Shown here piece by piece: positions 1-9,926 of a stretch of 64,000 bases of DNA (position 1 is the stretch's first letter; every line of letters starts with the position of its first letter). The notes under the pieces were generated by a model. It searched no databases. It worked only from the letters and a program-made list of their open reading frames with translations, and was not told the DNA's origin. This DNA is from a virus. The stretch is from the IMG/VR virus record IMGVR_UViG_3300014720_000016; one strand, 5' to 3'. The position numbers and the translations under genes are program-made.

Positions 1-357
1 TACTTACTCAAATCGTGGGCTTATTAGTAGCGACCAGCACGTAAAAGACTACGCCCTCCAGCGGGCTGCTTACCCTGATAACTTCCCACGGCTGCCTTGC
101 CTGCTCTTTTGTTTTATTTTCCGTAGCTTTAGGCCAAATTCCCCCTAGAAAGGATATCAAGTAGCTCATTAATTACCTTGCGGCTTCCCAGGTTTTTTAA
201 GTTTTGCATGTGCATAGATCACTCTGGTCGTAGGCCTTACCGGCTGAAAAGTGCGCATTCTAGCCGCCCAAACCGTTGGACTAAGTCTGACTAGCCTAGA
301 AGGTGGAAGGCTCTCCATTGCTATCACCAGTCCTTTGTGTAGATTTTTGCCGATAAT

Positions 358-387
358 AAAAAGCGGGCCGCTACGGTAGCGGCCCGC
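358..387 (-). terminator. Rho-independent terminator
   Basis: GCGGGCCGCTA/TAGCGGCCCGC stem followed on the minus strand by TTTTT, just downstream of the 395 stop. Confidence 0.75.
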
Positions 388-394
388 CGCGCCG

Positions 395-568
395 TCAGTT
401 ACGCCGTACGTCTTCCATTTTCTCCTGGAGGCACTTCTGCACCCAAGCAATATCACGCTGGATGGCAACAGTGTGATCTGCCCCAGCGCTGCGCAGCTCC
501 GCAAACAGATCCTTCTCAAGACGCTTAAGCTCGTTAAACTGTAGGCTGCGAAGTAGTGAAGTCTTCAT
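395..568 (-). CDS. Hypothetical protein
   Basis: Short ORF between motif copy 1 and a terminator; start re-chosen at MKTSLL (GGA upstream). Confidence 0.5.
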   Translation of the reverse strand: MKTSLLRSLQFNELKRLEKDLFAELRSAGADHTVAIQRDIAWVQKCLQEKMEDVRRN

Positions 569-678
569 GCTTTTTTCCATATTGCTATTGCCTGCATCCG
601 CAAGCAAGGACCACTAAAGCAGCGGCAGCAGAATTACTGCCATCTGCCCCGGTCGGTGGTCCCGCCGACCGTCCACCG

Positions 679-710
679 GGATCGGGCGGCGCCGGGTTTA
701 GGCCCGGCCC
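679..710 (-). promoter_or_regulatory. Conserved 32-bp TAAA-N13-GATCC element, copy 1 (putative phage promoter)
   Basis: Minus strand GGGCCGGGCC TAAA CCCGGCGCCG CCCGATCC, 4 nt after the 715 stop. Confidence 0.75.
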
Positions 711-714
711 GTCC

Positions 715-2043
715 TCACTCGAAATCAGAAAGCTTGTGTACATGCGAATCGGCAGGGATACCATAATCCCTAGAGCCGCCCGCTGTCAGGAACCAGTGCC
801 AGCGTTTTGGCTTTTCTGGATGCACATCGTTGCCATAGCCGTCACTCAACACCCATACCGCGTGCGGGTAAGCGGAGTCTTTCTCGGCCATCTCTGCCTG
901 AATACGTCGCTCGATAATGCTAAAGCTGGTTCCTCCTCCCCCGTAAACTTTTGCAGTTTTTAGATCTGTCTCATATACGCGGGTATCAAAGCAGTACAGC
1001 TTGACATCAAACCGGCGTGGGTCAAGTGTGCGTGCAGCCTTGAAAAACCGCTCTGCATAGCTAATGCAGCTGCCACTTGTATCAAGAAAGAATGAAACTC
1101 TAATCCGCTTTTTCTCGTCGCCCTCGCTCTCGCCGAGCGCAGGTAGCATACAATCGCCCATCATTGACGGATCAATTCGGCGGCTCTGCTGTGTCCAAAC
1201 AGGGGCTTCTGCAAACTCATCTGCGGCACGCAGTGCCCATTTCTTGACTACGCTTTCCCAACGGGGTTTAGGTCGAATCCATTTCGCAGATGCAATCTCG
1301 AGAACCGTATCACCCGGATGCTTACCAGCACGCAGCCCCTTGGCTGCGGCAGCTGCACTCTTCTCCATCTCTGGAGTTGCGTCAGATCCGGCCATTTCAG
1401 CCAGTTCTTCCGTATTGCCAGAGTCAAGTGTGCGCTTAAGCATGTCGGCCAGATCACCCCCGCCGAATCCTGCGAGATCCCTGTGATCATCTACGGTTTG
1501 TGGCCTGCCACCTCCTTCGCCAGATTCCCGGTTAGGGCTAGCCTTGTTCTTTAGCTTTGCCTCGGGATTTTTACTCAGCAGAGCGTTGGCATAATATTCA
1601 AAACTTTTACCAGCTGGCTCGCCAGGCAGGACTTCATCTAGCCAGATATACCGCACGCCATCTGGCTCAACCTCGTCACGACGAAAACCATAGTGGCTTT
1701 CAAGATGCGAGTTGACCGCAATATCCATCGCAGCATTCAGTGTGCCTGGATCTACAGTCTTAAGCAGCTCAGTAGAGCGAATGCCGTGACTAAAGATGAC
1801 GTGCATACACTCGTGGGCAATGGCAAAAAGCTTGCCCTTTTCTGACAGGGTGCCCCAGAAATCTGGATTGACTGACCACATGATCTGCTGTCCGGCCTTG
1901 TCAAAGGCTACGGCGCACGTCGGGATCTCCCGCGTTACAGTCGGCTTTCCCATCGACCAGAATTTAGAAAAAACCGAGTGGTAGTCCTCTAGCTGTTTTG
2001 CTAGACTCGACCACTCGTCATCTGATAGGCACTCAGTCGACAT
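715..2043 (-). CDS. HEXXH metallopeptidase-like + vWA domain protein (DUF2201-like), partner of MoxR ATPase
   Basis: AHECMH zincin motif, NAAMDIAVN, MIDAS motif LDTSGS, GGGGTSF, LSDGY; adjacent to an AAA gene. Confidence 0.85.
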   Translation of the reverse strand: MSTECLSDDEWSSLAKQLEDYHSVFSKFWSMGKPTVTREIPTCAVAFDKAGQQIMWSVNPDFWGTLSEKGKLFAIAHECMHVIFSHGIRSTELLKTVDPGTLNAAMDIAVNSHLESHYGFRRDEVEPDGVRYIWLDEVLPGEPAGKSFEYYANALLSKNPEAKLKNKASPNRESGEGGGRPQTVDDHRDLAGFGGGDLADMLKRTLDSGNTEELAEMAGSDATPEMEKSAAAAAKGLRAGKHPGDTVLEIASAKWIRPKPRWESVVKKWALRAADEFAEAPVWTQQSRRIDPSMMGDCMLPALGESEGDEKKRIRVSFFLDTSGSCISYAERFFKAARTLDPRRFDVKLYCFDTRVYETDLKTAKVYGGGGTSFSIIERRIQAEMAEKDSAYPHAVWVLSDGYGNDVHPEKPKRWHWFLTAGGSRDYGIPADSHVHKLSDFE

Positions 2044-2053
2044 TGCTACTCCG

Positions 2054-3328
2054 TCAGATAATCTTTAGCTCGCGGGCAACCTCGGAGATCAGCTCTCGAT
2101 TAATCGCAATCTGCGTTGCCTTGACAATAAGCTGACGCATTACTTCGTCAGCAGAGATGGCCTTGCGATTGGTCTTTAGCAGTTCCTGCAACTCCTCGCG
2201 ACCGAGCGTAGGCTGAAAAAGCACGCCTAGCTGGCGCTTCAGGGTTTCGCTGTTTACGCCATCCTGTCTGGCCTTGGCAGTAATCTTTTTCTGCGCTTCT
2301 TTCTTAGCCTTCTCGATTGCCGAGGCGAATGCCTTAATCGAATCTGCCACGCCCTTGTCAGCGGTCTTGGAAGGCGGACTCTTTGAAATCTCCGCAGCTA
2401 GTGATGTGAATCGGGAATCGCCAGTCATGATACGCTCGACAATAAAACCACGAACGCTAGCCACACTGCACTTGTTTACGATCTCCTCGTCGGTCATGGC
2501 TTCGATCATTGCCACGGGGAACTTGCCCTCTAGGATCTCGCCCATGACAAGATCCCGCAGATTCCCGTTGCCCTGGATCTCTTTGCGCAGGCCATTCACG
2601 TCCAGCTTGCGGAGCTGTGGAAGCCGGCTCATTAGCCCAGACTTGTTAAGCTCGGCTTTTAGATCTTTTACGTTAACTTCCTTGGGCAGTACGTAGTCAA
2701 TGTCAAGACCAGCTTGGTAGGCCTGGATTGCATACTCTAGACGGCGGGGCGAAACAACGCTTTTCTTTCGCAGCTTCTCGTCAATCTTGCCCCACCAGCG
2801 GTGAGCAATCTCGCCCAGTACGCCATAGGTATCCTTGAAATATTTAAGGGAAGGGCCGTTGGGTAGGACAACCTTGATCTGAAAGCGATCTTCTTGAGCG
2901 GGATCAAGCCGGTCAACATCATAGGTATCCTCCTCATCGTGAGGATTGACCATCGCCCAGATCATCTTGAGATTGGGCATTGGCACGCCATTGATCGACT
3001 TGAACTGGATCGCTTCCATCAGGGCATTGCGCACCTTCTTTGGAGCACGATTGAACTCGTCTACAACGATAACCTGGATGTCGTTGTTGGCGAATACCTT
3101 GGGCTTGATAAAGTCAAGCCAGCGACCGTTCTCGTCTTCAACTACCCTAGGAACGCCTACAAAATCTACGAACGGGTCCATGGTTGATGCTGAGAAGTAG
3201 GCATACTTAATGCCATTGCGCTTCATGGCAGCCAGCACTTGCTCGGTCTTGCCAATCCCATGAGGGCCGACAAGGAGGACATTCTGCGATGTCCGAATCC
3301 AATCATCTAGCAGTTTCTCGGTAAGCAT
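2054..3328 (-). CDS. MoxR-type AAA+ ATPase
   Basis: Walker A GPHGIGKT, Walker B VVDEFNR, LDPAQEDRF, SPRR. Confidence 0.88.
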   Translation of the reverse strand: MLTEKLLDDWIRTSQNVLLVGPHGIGKTEQVLAAMKRNGIKYAYFSASTMDPFVDFVGVPRVVEDENGRWLDFIKPKVFANNDIQVIVVDEFNRAPKKVRNALMEAIQFKSINGVPMPNLKMIWAMVNPHDEEDTYDVDRLDPAQEDRFQIKVVLPNGPSLKYFKDTYGVLGEIAHRWWGKIDEKLRKKSVVSPRRLEYAIQAYQAGLDIDYVLPKEVNVKDLKAELNKSGLMSRLPQLRKLDVNGLRKEIQGNGNLRDLVMGEILEGKFPVAMIEAMTDEEIVNKCSVASVRGFIVERIMTGDSRFTSLAAEISKSPPSKTADKGVADSIKAFASAIEKAKKEAQKKITAKARQDGVNSETLKRQLGVLFQPTLGREELQELLKTNRKAISADEVMRQLIVKATQIAINRELISEVARELKII

Positions 3329-3361
3329 TTGCGTTGTCCTTTGCGGGGTCGTCGTCGGAGG

Positions 3362-3393
3362 GGATCGGGCGGGACCGGGTTTAGGCCCGACCC
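3362..3393 (-). promoter_or_regulatory. 32-bp element, copy 2
   Basis: GGGTCGGGCC TAAA CCCGGTCCCG CCCGATCC, 34 nt upstream of ATG 3328. Confidence 0.75.
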
Positions 3394-3396
3394 GGC

Positions 3397-3897
3397 CTAG
3401 CGGGCGAGAGCAGGCAGAATAAAGTCCGTATTAAATTGACCAAATGAACCCGTGCAGATCTGCTCAGGCTTTACCCATTTTACGAGTGCGCCTTCAGAAT
3501 TGACATGATCCCGTACGTCTCCAAAGATCTCAGCGCGGTAGATAAAAACTTTGATGGTGCCTACGTCAGCAATCCCAACTAGGAAAGGGTTGCATAACGT
3601 AGCACCTGTTTCCTCTACAGCCTCACGACATGCGGCTGTCAGCGGTGTCTCGCCCGCTTCGATCTTGCCGCCTGGCAAACCTAGATCAGAGTGATCATCC
3701 TTCCTGCTAACCGCTAGGATCAAGCCATCCTGCTCTACGATAATAACAGAAGCACTGCCGTCAGGAAAAGAGCTGTTGTAATTTTGCTTTTTTCTCATTC
3801 CGCTGGCTTTCATTGGTGGCAGAGCTGACCAGATTAATTGCTCGCTAGCAGCTCGCTGCTTCAGCTTTGTTGTGCTTACACTGTCACAATTGATCAT
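3397..3897 (-). CDS. Nudix hydrolase
   Basis: Nudix box GGKIEAGETPLTAACREAVEETG; true start may be internal. Confidence 0.9.
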   Translation of the reverse strand: MINCDSVSTTKLKQRAASEQLIWSALPPMKASGMRKKQNYNSSFPDGSASVIIVEQDGLILAVSRKDDHSDLGLPGGKIEAGETPLTAACREAVEETGATLCNPFLVGIADVGTIKVFIYRAEIFGDVRDHVNSEGALVKWVKPEQICTGSFGQFNTDFILPALAR

Positions 3898-4712
3898 TCT
3901 TCCGCCTCCGCGTTTACCAGCGCCCGTTCCGATATGTATGCCGCAGCATTGCGGTGCCCGCCACCGCCAAACTTTTCAGCTATTTCTGCTACATCCATTC
4001 CTTCTGGCGAAGACCGCAGGCTAATATACCAGCGACCTTCAGAGCCGCTGAATATTGCGGCGAAGTCATGCCCCTTGCAAAGGCGCCGGCCTATCTCAGA
4101 TTTGAAATCTGCTGAGTTGACTGCCGGCACAAGGCGACCTGCAATCTCCGTAAGAAAGCTCTTTTCCAGGATGCGGTTGATTTTCTCTGAGCGCCATAAT
4201 GAAATAGCTTCGGCGTGCTTGATCTGGCCCTCGAGGTCTGACTCAACACGCATTAAGAGTTCCAGCCACCGCTCTGCCTCAAACGGCAGAACTTCGGCCA
4301 TAACCATTAGCGAACGGGTAAATGGCAGATCGCTGCGGCCACGATCAGCCTCGCCCACTGCCTGTAGGAGCAGCGGCTGGCTCTGACCGGGAAAAAAGAA
4401 ATCCCAACAAACCTGAGCGCCTGACTTGTCTTTTTCGAAAATACAATACGGCAGATGACCTAGTGCCTTCTCGGCAGTCTGATGGTGATCCAGTAGAACA
4501 AGGCTTCGCGCCCGGCTGTGAATATCCTTGATGACATCCAGAGGATAGCTGAAGTCTGCAATAACAACTTCTTTGCCATCAATCAGCTCAGCAGGGGGCG
4601 GATTGACCCGGTCGCTAGCAGCGTACAGAGTAATGCCGGGGTTTGCGAGCGCGCAGACTACCGCGCTCATAATGCCATCTGCGCAGTTAGCGTGATATAT
4701 ACAGGTATCCAT
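3894..4712 (-). CDS. DHH/DHHA1 family phosphoesterase
   Basis: YHANCADG, ADFS, LDHH, SLRS, GGGGHRNAA motifs. Confidence 0.9.
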   Translation of the reverse strand: MDTCIYHANCADGIMSAVVCALANPGITLYAASDRVNPPPAELIDGKEVVIADFSYPLDVIKDIHSRARSLVLLDHHQTAEKALGHLPYCIFEKDKSGAQVCWDFFFPGQSQPLLLQAVGEADRGRSDLPFTRSLMVMAEVLPFEAERWLELLMRVESDLEGQIKHAEAISLWRSEKINRILEKSFLTEIAGRLVPAVNSADFKSEIGRRLCKGHDFAAIFSGSEGRWYISLRSSPEGMDVAEIAEKFGGGGHRNAAAYISERALVNAEAEE

Positions 4713-4888
4713 CTGCCTGCCGTTCTGTCCTGCCGGACTGGTTATTTTCCATTAGAAAGGATGGCCGCAAAAACAAGCGGCCACATTAGTACTATCATAG
4801 CGGCATCGGCCATTCCTAGCCTGTCATCGCTATTGCTAACAATCCAGCCCGAAGTAGCTAGGCCAACTATCAGATATGCTGCCATGCT

Positions 4889-6232
4889 TCACTCTGCGCT
4901 GCTTGTTTCTTCTGCGGCAGCGCGCTTAACGATTACAGCGGAATCACATAGCCAGTCTGCAACCTTCTGCCGCTGACTGCGCTGTAGCCATGCAGCATAC
5001 ACAGCAGGCTTGCTCTTCTTGGCTTGCAACTCCTCCTCGGGTGCTACGCCCGGCTGAGCATCGGCGGCTGCATACTTAAGAATATCTTCTTCTTTTAGAA
5101 GCAGCTCTCCGGCGTGAAGATCAAATACGCGATCAAGGATGTCGTTATAGATAAGGACCTCCTTCTGCTCTTCCCGGATGGATTCTGCCAGCTTTGCCGT
5201 CTCGGGCTGAAGCAGCAGATCACTATACTTGACGCCAAACTGCTGGGCAGCAGACTCGCAGAAGCGCAGCAGCTCGGCCTCGTCTACGGGCAGAGGGTTA
5301 GCGGCAACAACCCCCTTGCGTACCTGGATGCGCTTTTGCTGCCTTACATTTGCAGCATTACCACGATCCCACTCTTGGCCGATCTTTTCCCTCAGTGCAT
5401 CGAGGCTGTCGTAACCAGCAGTCTTGGCAAACTCCTCATCAATATCCGGCACAACAGACTCGCATACTTCCTTGACCGTGCAGGTAAAGTTTACTTTTTG
5501 CCCACGGAGATAGCGGTCGTGATGCTTGTCATCATAGGTCTCTTCGAAAGTTACCTGGTCGCCGGCCTTGGCACCAATAACAACCTGGTTGAGCTTGTCG
5601 CTAATTTGGCGACCGCCTTTCATCTTGGGCCGGAATACAAGGTCATTAAACCGGGCACCGTGGATCTCATTGCCATCGCTGTCACTGCCAACAAGATCAA
5701 CAACAACCACATCCTCTGGAGTGACCTCCCGCTCAACAGGCTTGTTTGACGAAGTCTTAAGCTGAAGCACTCGCAGCTGATTTGCAATCGCCGCGTCACG
5801 GTCGCCTTCGTCGACCTCTACAGTAATGCCAAAGTAATCCTTTAGTTCGACCGTTGCTGGGCGGGGCCACGAAACACTGAATTCAAGACAGCCATCCTCT
5901 GCGAACACCCCAAGCCACTTCTTGTCTGGGCGCACGCGATATGCCTCATCTAGCTGTGGGTCTGCACCTGTACGCAGACCGAGAGAATAGATGGCCTCAC
6001 CGGTAGCCTTCATGATCAGCTTCTCGGTTACACCGGAGCGGAACTGAGAACCAAACCGCTTCATAATGAGGTCAAGAGGAACCTGACCTTTTGGGTGAGG
6101 CGGTAGAGCCATGACAGCTTGAAGTCCGCGAGCGGCTTCTTCCATAGCGCCATTGACTGCGTCAGCACCAATCCTGATGAAAACGCGGTGATGAGTGGTG
6201 TCGCTGCGGAGATCAAACGTTGTCATTTTCAT
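4889..6232 (-). CDS. tig: Trigger factor homologue (divergent)
   Basis: 447 aa with three-domain TF layout; PKGQVP in place of GFRKGKVP; FKBP-like DVVVVDLVG...GAKAGDQVTFEETY...LRGQKVNFTCTVKEV; PDIDEEFAKTAGYDSLDALREKI. Confidence 0.85.
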   Translation of the reverse strand: MKMTTFDLRSDTTHHRVFIRIGADAVNGAMEEAARGLQAVMALPPHPKGQVPLDLIMKRFGSQFRSGVTEKLIMKATGEAIYSLGLRTGADPQLDEAYRVRPDKKWLGVFAEDGCLEFSVSWPRPATVELKDYFGITVEVDEGDRDAAIANQLRVLQLKTSSNKPVEREVTPEDVVVVDLVGSDSDGNEIHGARFNDLVFRPKMKGGRQISDKLNQVVIGAKAGDQVTFEETYDDKHHDRYLRGQKVNFTCTVKEVCESVVPDIDEEFAKTAGYDSLDALREKIGQEWDRGNAANVRQQKRIQVRKGVVAANPLPVDEAELLRFCESAAQQFGVKYSDLLLQPETAKLAESIREEQKEVLIYNDILDRVFDLHAGELLLKEEDILKYAAADAQPGVAPEEELQAKKSKPAVYAAWLQRSQRQKVADWLCDSAVIVKRAAAEETSSAE

Positions 6233-6467
6233 TCCTTTTGATTACACGTAGAACATAGCCAGCATGTGGGATACTGGCACACCTAAAGCGGCCTTCGTCG
6301 AAATTCTTGCAAAAGGCAGCCCACTTGTTAGCGGCAGCAAGCTCCCTGTACCAGTTTACAATCGTGCGGTCAGTCAGGCCCAGAATGGCATCTGGCAGAT
6401 CGCTAATCGCCAGAACTACTTCACCCTTGCACCAAACTTCAGTAGAGTATGATTCCATGTATATCAC
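6213..6467 (-). CDS. Hypothetical protein
   Basis: Fits the operon packing. Confidence 0.5.
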   Translation of the reverse strand: MIYMESYSTEVWCKGEVVLAISDLPDAILGLTDRTIVNWYRELAAANKWAAFCKNFDEGRFRCASIPHAGYVLRVIKRNENDNV

Positions 6468-6470
6468 CTT

Positions 6471-6668
6471 TTAGTCAGGGATTTTTTCACATCCAGCGGC
6501 ACCTTCGCAGGGGTCACCGTCTACTTCGCCTTCTTCGTCATCGTCATCATCGTCATCATCGTCATCATCAAGGCATGATTCGATGCAGGAGAATAGCGCG
6601 CCAAGGCTGATCAGCGTCACTGCTGCCAGACGGGGGCGTAGTGCCAATAGCTTTAGAAATGCCAACAT
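6471..6668 (-). CDS. Small membrane/secreted protein with poly-Asp tail
   Basis: Hydrophobic N-terminus followed by an 11-Asp run and EEGE. Confidence 0.55.
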   Translation of the reverse strand: MLAFLKLLALRPRLAAVTLISLGALFSCIESCLDDDDDDDDDDDEEGEVDGDPCEGAAGCEKIPD

Positions 6669-6779
6669 AGTTCCTCGCAGGTAATTAGCTTTTGCTTTTA
6701 GAGGCAGATTCTACGGCAAATCCATAAATCGCCAGTAGCACATAGAGTGCGTGCACAAAGGCACCAATACAGCGGCGCC

Positions 6780-7349
6780 TCATTCCAGAATCTTTCTGAT
6801 TTCCCTGTCGTTTAAGTACGACTTGCGATACAGCGCCTTGCCTAGTTCCCGTACCTTGGCGTGGTCCCGGTGGATACAGTGGATAGCAGAGTCAACTGCT
6901 GATGCAATCACCTTTCGGGTATTATCGTTGACGCTTGGCGGCAGCATCCTCTGAACAGAGCTGAGCTTATAAGAAAGCAATTCGTTGTCTACATATGCCA
7001 TCATCGGGGCTTCTCTGCCGGTAACAAGCTCGATGCCATTAGAAACATCTGCCCATGTGCCGTACTTAGAGTATGCGCCGAAAAAGTATTGTTCTGCTAC
7101 GGCTCCCGCCAGAACCATGCGGAGAATCAGCCAGCCAGCTTCTGCGTCTGAGAATGCAGAACGATTGCCGTACTCCGAGTGAGCAAGGCCGCCAGTGGCG
7201 TTGAGCCTGATATTGATGTTTTTCCAGAGCTGAGACTTAGACATGAAGTAGGCGTGGCCAGCTTCATGGTAGGCTGTGCGGAGCCTCACCTTGGGAGGCA
7301 TACCGGCAGATGAATACTGCCAATGCAATCTCTTGACGAAATCGAGCAT
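6780..7349 (-). CDS. Stand-alone peptidase M41 (FtsH protease domain)-like protein
   Basis: TAYHEAGHA, LAGAVAE, G...D motifs; start re-chosen at MLDF with GGAGG RBS. Confidence 0.75.
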   Translation of the reverse strand: MLDFVKRLHWQYSSAGMPPKVRLRTAYHEAGHAYFMSKSQLWKNINIRLNATGGLAHSEYGNRSAFSDAEAGWLILRMVLAGAVAEQYFFGAYSKYGTWADVSNGIELVTGREAPMMAYVDNELLSYKLSSVQRMLPPSVNDNTRKVIASAVDSAIHCIHRDHAKVRELGKALYRKSYLNDREIRKILE

Positions 7350-7379
7350 ATTGCCTCCGGTGGTGCGGTACGCCGAGGG

Positions 7380-7411
7380 GGATCGGGCGGGGCCGGGTTT
7401 AGGCCGGCCCC
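7380..7411 (-). promoter_or_regulatory. 32-bp element, copy 3
   Basis: GGGGCCGGCC TAAA CCCGGCCCCG CCCGATCC, 31 nt upstream of ATG 7349. Confidence 0.75.
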
Positions 7412-7422
7412 GCCCTGCGACT

Positions 7423-7788
7423 TCAGGTTTTGAAGGTTGAAGTGCGCTTGCTGCGACGGGTATCACGAGCCGGTACGCCAGTAACAACTACGGCAGTAAC
7501 AGCAGACGAGCGGGTAGCGCGCAGAGCTGGAACAAGCGAGCGGCGAGCGCCAGCTGAAAGCGTAAAGAGTACGCCATCAGCAGTCTTGCGCTCAAGGACA
7601 AGACCACGATCTACGAGCGAGCGCAGCGAGCGACGGGCACGAGCATGAACCTGTGTAAGCTCCTGAAGTGAGCGGTCACGAGTAACAAGCGAGCGAAGCA
7701 GGAGCGTAGCTACAGGCCCTAGAGTGCGGCGCGAATCAAACGCGCTGGCCTTACGAGATACACGGCGGGAATCATTGTTCTTTGACAT
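7423..7788 (-). CDS. Arg/Ser-rich basic protein, possible winged-helix DNA-binding protein
   Basis: SLRSLVDRGLV...VLFTLS resembles a wHTH wing; strongly biased codons; AGGA RBS. Confidence 0.55.
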   Translation of the reverse strand: MSKNNDSRRVSRKASAFDSRRTLGPVATLLLRSLVTRDRSLQELTQVHARARRSLRSLVDRGLVLERKTADGVLFTLSAGARRSLVPALRATRSSAVTAVVVTGVPARDTRRSKRTSTFKT

Positions 7789-7887
7789 TATAATCTATCC
7801 TTTTGGCCGAGTGTTAAACAATGCTTTGGCCAAGCAGCATTGCATTGCGTTTTCCAGCAGAACCACTCTGCTGGAGTAAATCTTCAA

Positions 7888-8544
7888 TCACCTACCCAGC
7901 AGATGCTTGAAATTATCAATCCAATAACGAGAATCATGAAATTTTGCAGCTTCGGTTTCGGTTATATGATTGCCTGCGATTGCTGCACTACGGCAGGCTT
8001 TGCCGAATCCAACCTGACGCTGGCTAACTCCGCTTAGGTTGGGTAGCCCAGTAGATGTTTGTGTGCTACTCTTGGGCGCCAACTTCAGGGCACGAATGCT
8101 GTCCTCGATAGCAGCTTTTTGTAGCCGCAGGTTGTGCGTAGCGTTAGCTGCTGCGATCTTTTCTCGTTCCCTAGCAGGAGTCCAGAAAGGAACCATTTTC
8201 CACTTTTTATTTGTTTGTCGATAATGGTTTGCCACAGCATCCGCAAGGCTATAGTTGGGCTCGGTGAAGTAAGGGGAATCGACGTTGCTGTTCGTGCTGA
8301 CACACGAAAGACTATACGCTGGCGAAGTGCCATCGCACGCCGGACAGTCAATGGTGTCCAGGCAATCCTTCCACGGAAAGGCTACACCCGTGCCATTGCA
8401 CTCCAGACATCCACCCTCTTGCAACCACTTGTAGATATCTTCCGAGATAAAGCGAAACCGCAATTCGATTTCGGTTTTGACTGCCTCGTCTATCTTTGTA
8501 ACGATCACTGCCAGGTCGGATTGAAGCTCTTCTATGCTTTTCAT
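7888..8544 (-). CDS. Hypothetical protein with DnaJ-like Zn-finger (CxxCxGxG) repeats
   Basis: CLECNGTG and CPACDGT. Confidence 0.6.
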   Translation of the reverse strand: MKSIEELQSDLAVIVTKIDEAVKTEIELRFRFISEDIYKWLQEGGCLECNGTGVAFPWKDCLDTIDCPACDGTSPAYSLSCVSTNSNVDSPYFTEPNYSLADAVANHYRQTNKKWKMVPFWTPAREREKIAAANATHNLRLQKAAIEDSIRALKLAPKSSTQTSTGLPNLSGVSQRQVGFGKACRSAAIAGNHITETEAAKFHDSRYWIDNFKHLLGR

Positions 8545-8996
8545 TTCCGCTCCGTAATATAAAACTTGTCGGTTAACTCAAGTCCAAATTCGCCTAGATT
8601 GACTACCTGCTCCAAAGCAACAATGGGCGGGCTTCCGGGACGGAGAGCTTGCCAGTCAATGCTTAGATGCCAATCCGTGCCCCCTTCTACCCACATACGA
8701 CCAGGCGCAAAATAAATATCTTCGCCGCGGTGGTTTGCAGACAGCTTGTAGGTCTGGGCGTAGCTGGGTACCAGCGGACATTGTCCCTTGGAATTGAGCG
8801 TAAAAAATCTTACGTCTACTTTGTCTGAGGCACTGCCTTCGCTATAGCGCAGATCTACTGCACATGTCCCGGGTGGATTTATACAGATCCAGTCTAGACA
8901 GCAGTTGAATGTATCTGCATACCTCTTTAATTTCTGCCTGTTAAATACGGTCAAGTCCTGAACATCTAGAATGGTTCTTGCTTTTTCAAGCTTCAT
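8541..8996 (-). CDS. Hypothetical protein, MKL-start
   Basis: MKLEKARTIL; overlaps both neighbours. Confidence 0.6.
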   Translation of the reverse strand: MKLEKARTILDVQDLTVFNRQKLKRYADTFNCCLDWICINPPGTCAVDLRYSEGSASDKVDVRFFTLNSKGQCPLVPSYAQTYKLSANHRGEDIYFAPGRMWVEGGTDWHLSIDWQALRPGSPPIVALEQVVNLGEFGLELTDKFYITERK

Positions 8997-9198
8997 CGGC
9001 AGCCTCCGCTTTATCGACTGGCTGCAAGCTCAAGCACAGAACCCAGAACGTAGGCTGTCCTAACCACGCGATGCTCGAATATTCTAGATTCAGGAACTGA
9101 TTAAAAACACTATTCTTGGCCTGTGCAAGAGTATCTGCGCGAATCAGTGCAGTTCCCGTTGCCTCGCCAGATCTAAGACTGGCTTTCCATAGCGCCAT
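8986..9198 (-). CDS. Hypothetical protein
   Basis: Operon packing. Confidence 0.5.
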   Translation of the reverse strand: MALWKASLRSGEATGTALIRADTLAQAKNSVFNQFLNLEYSSIAWLGQPTFWVLCLSLQPVDKAEAADEA

Positions 9199-9242
9199 TC
9201 AACGCTCTCGCTTTCTGCTCTTGCAGTTATACTTTGCGTTTT

Positions 9243-9671
9243 TCAGTGAATTGATTTAGCTGGCTGCCAAAATTCCTCTACTAGCAGCACGTCTGAAGAG
9301 CTAACCAGCACTAGAAAGCTATTGCGGTCGGCGCAGTAGTAGGAAGAGGCATACCCTAGTTCAGACAGGTGCGCGTGAGTACTAGGCATCTCGGGCAAAT
9401 TCTTGCAACCCAAAGAGTAGTCTAGGTATGCAGTGAATACGTCTGGATCATCGCTTCTGATTGCTACCAGTTTGCCGCGAGACAAAAAAGCCGTCACGGC
9501 AGCACCCGATGGACACAAATAAGATCCCTGCTTAACTGCCTTGCCCAGGTAATCGGCCGGCTGGAGACTGTACCTGGTGAAATCACAGGCAACACCTGGC
9601 AGCTCTATATTCGTTGGCGGTGAATAGCAAGAAGTCAACAAGAAAAGAAAAAGACTACTCAGCTTCTTCAT
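9243..9671 (-). CDS. Putative lipoprotein
   Basis: MKKLSSLFLFLLTS-C lipobox. Confidence 0.6.
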   Translation of the reverse strand: MKKLSSLFLFLLTSCYSPPTNIELPGVACDFTRYSLQPADYLGKAVKQGSYLCPSGAAVTAFLSRGKLVAIRSDDPDVFTAYLDYSLGCKNLPEMPSTHAHLSELGYASSYYCADRNSFLVLVSSSDVLLVEEFWQPAKSIH

Positions 9672-9858
9672 ATAATCCTGGGAATGAACCAAACAGCATG
9701 GCGATTGCAGAGGTAAACGTAAAGTGGACGAGGTATATACTGCAACCTAGGGCGACAAAGGAGCCCAGCAAATTAGGTGATTCCACCGTGCGTAGATATA
9801 CCTCCCACCACGATAACACAGCGACGTATAACACAAAAATCAATAAATCCATTTGCAT
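9655..9858 (-). CDS. Small two-TM membrane protein
   Basis: Two hydrophobic segments; the longer track start simply translates motif copy 4. Confidence 0.5.
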   Translation of the reverse strand: MQMDLLIFVLYVAVLSWWEVYLRTVESPNLLGSFVALGCSIYLVHFTFTSAIAMLFGSFPGLYEEAE

Positions 9859-9894
9859 CCTTGTTGCTGTATGGCGACCCCGCATCGGCGGACG

Positions 9895-9926
9895 GGATCG
9901 GCGGGGGCCGGGTTTAGGCCCGGCCC
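9895..9926 (-). promoter_or_regulatory. 32-bp element, copy 4
   Basis: GGGCCGGGCC TAAA CCCGGCCCCC GCCGATCC, 6 nt after the 9933 stop. Confidence 0.75.

Noticed and set aside
679-710. Motif as a canonical host sigma-28 or sigma-70 promoter
   Set aside because: The boxes resemble sigma-28 but the spacer is about 5 nt too short, and there is no TTGACA/TATAAT match.
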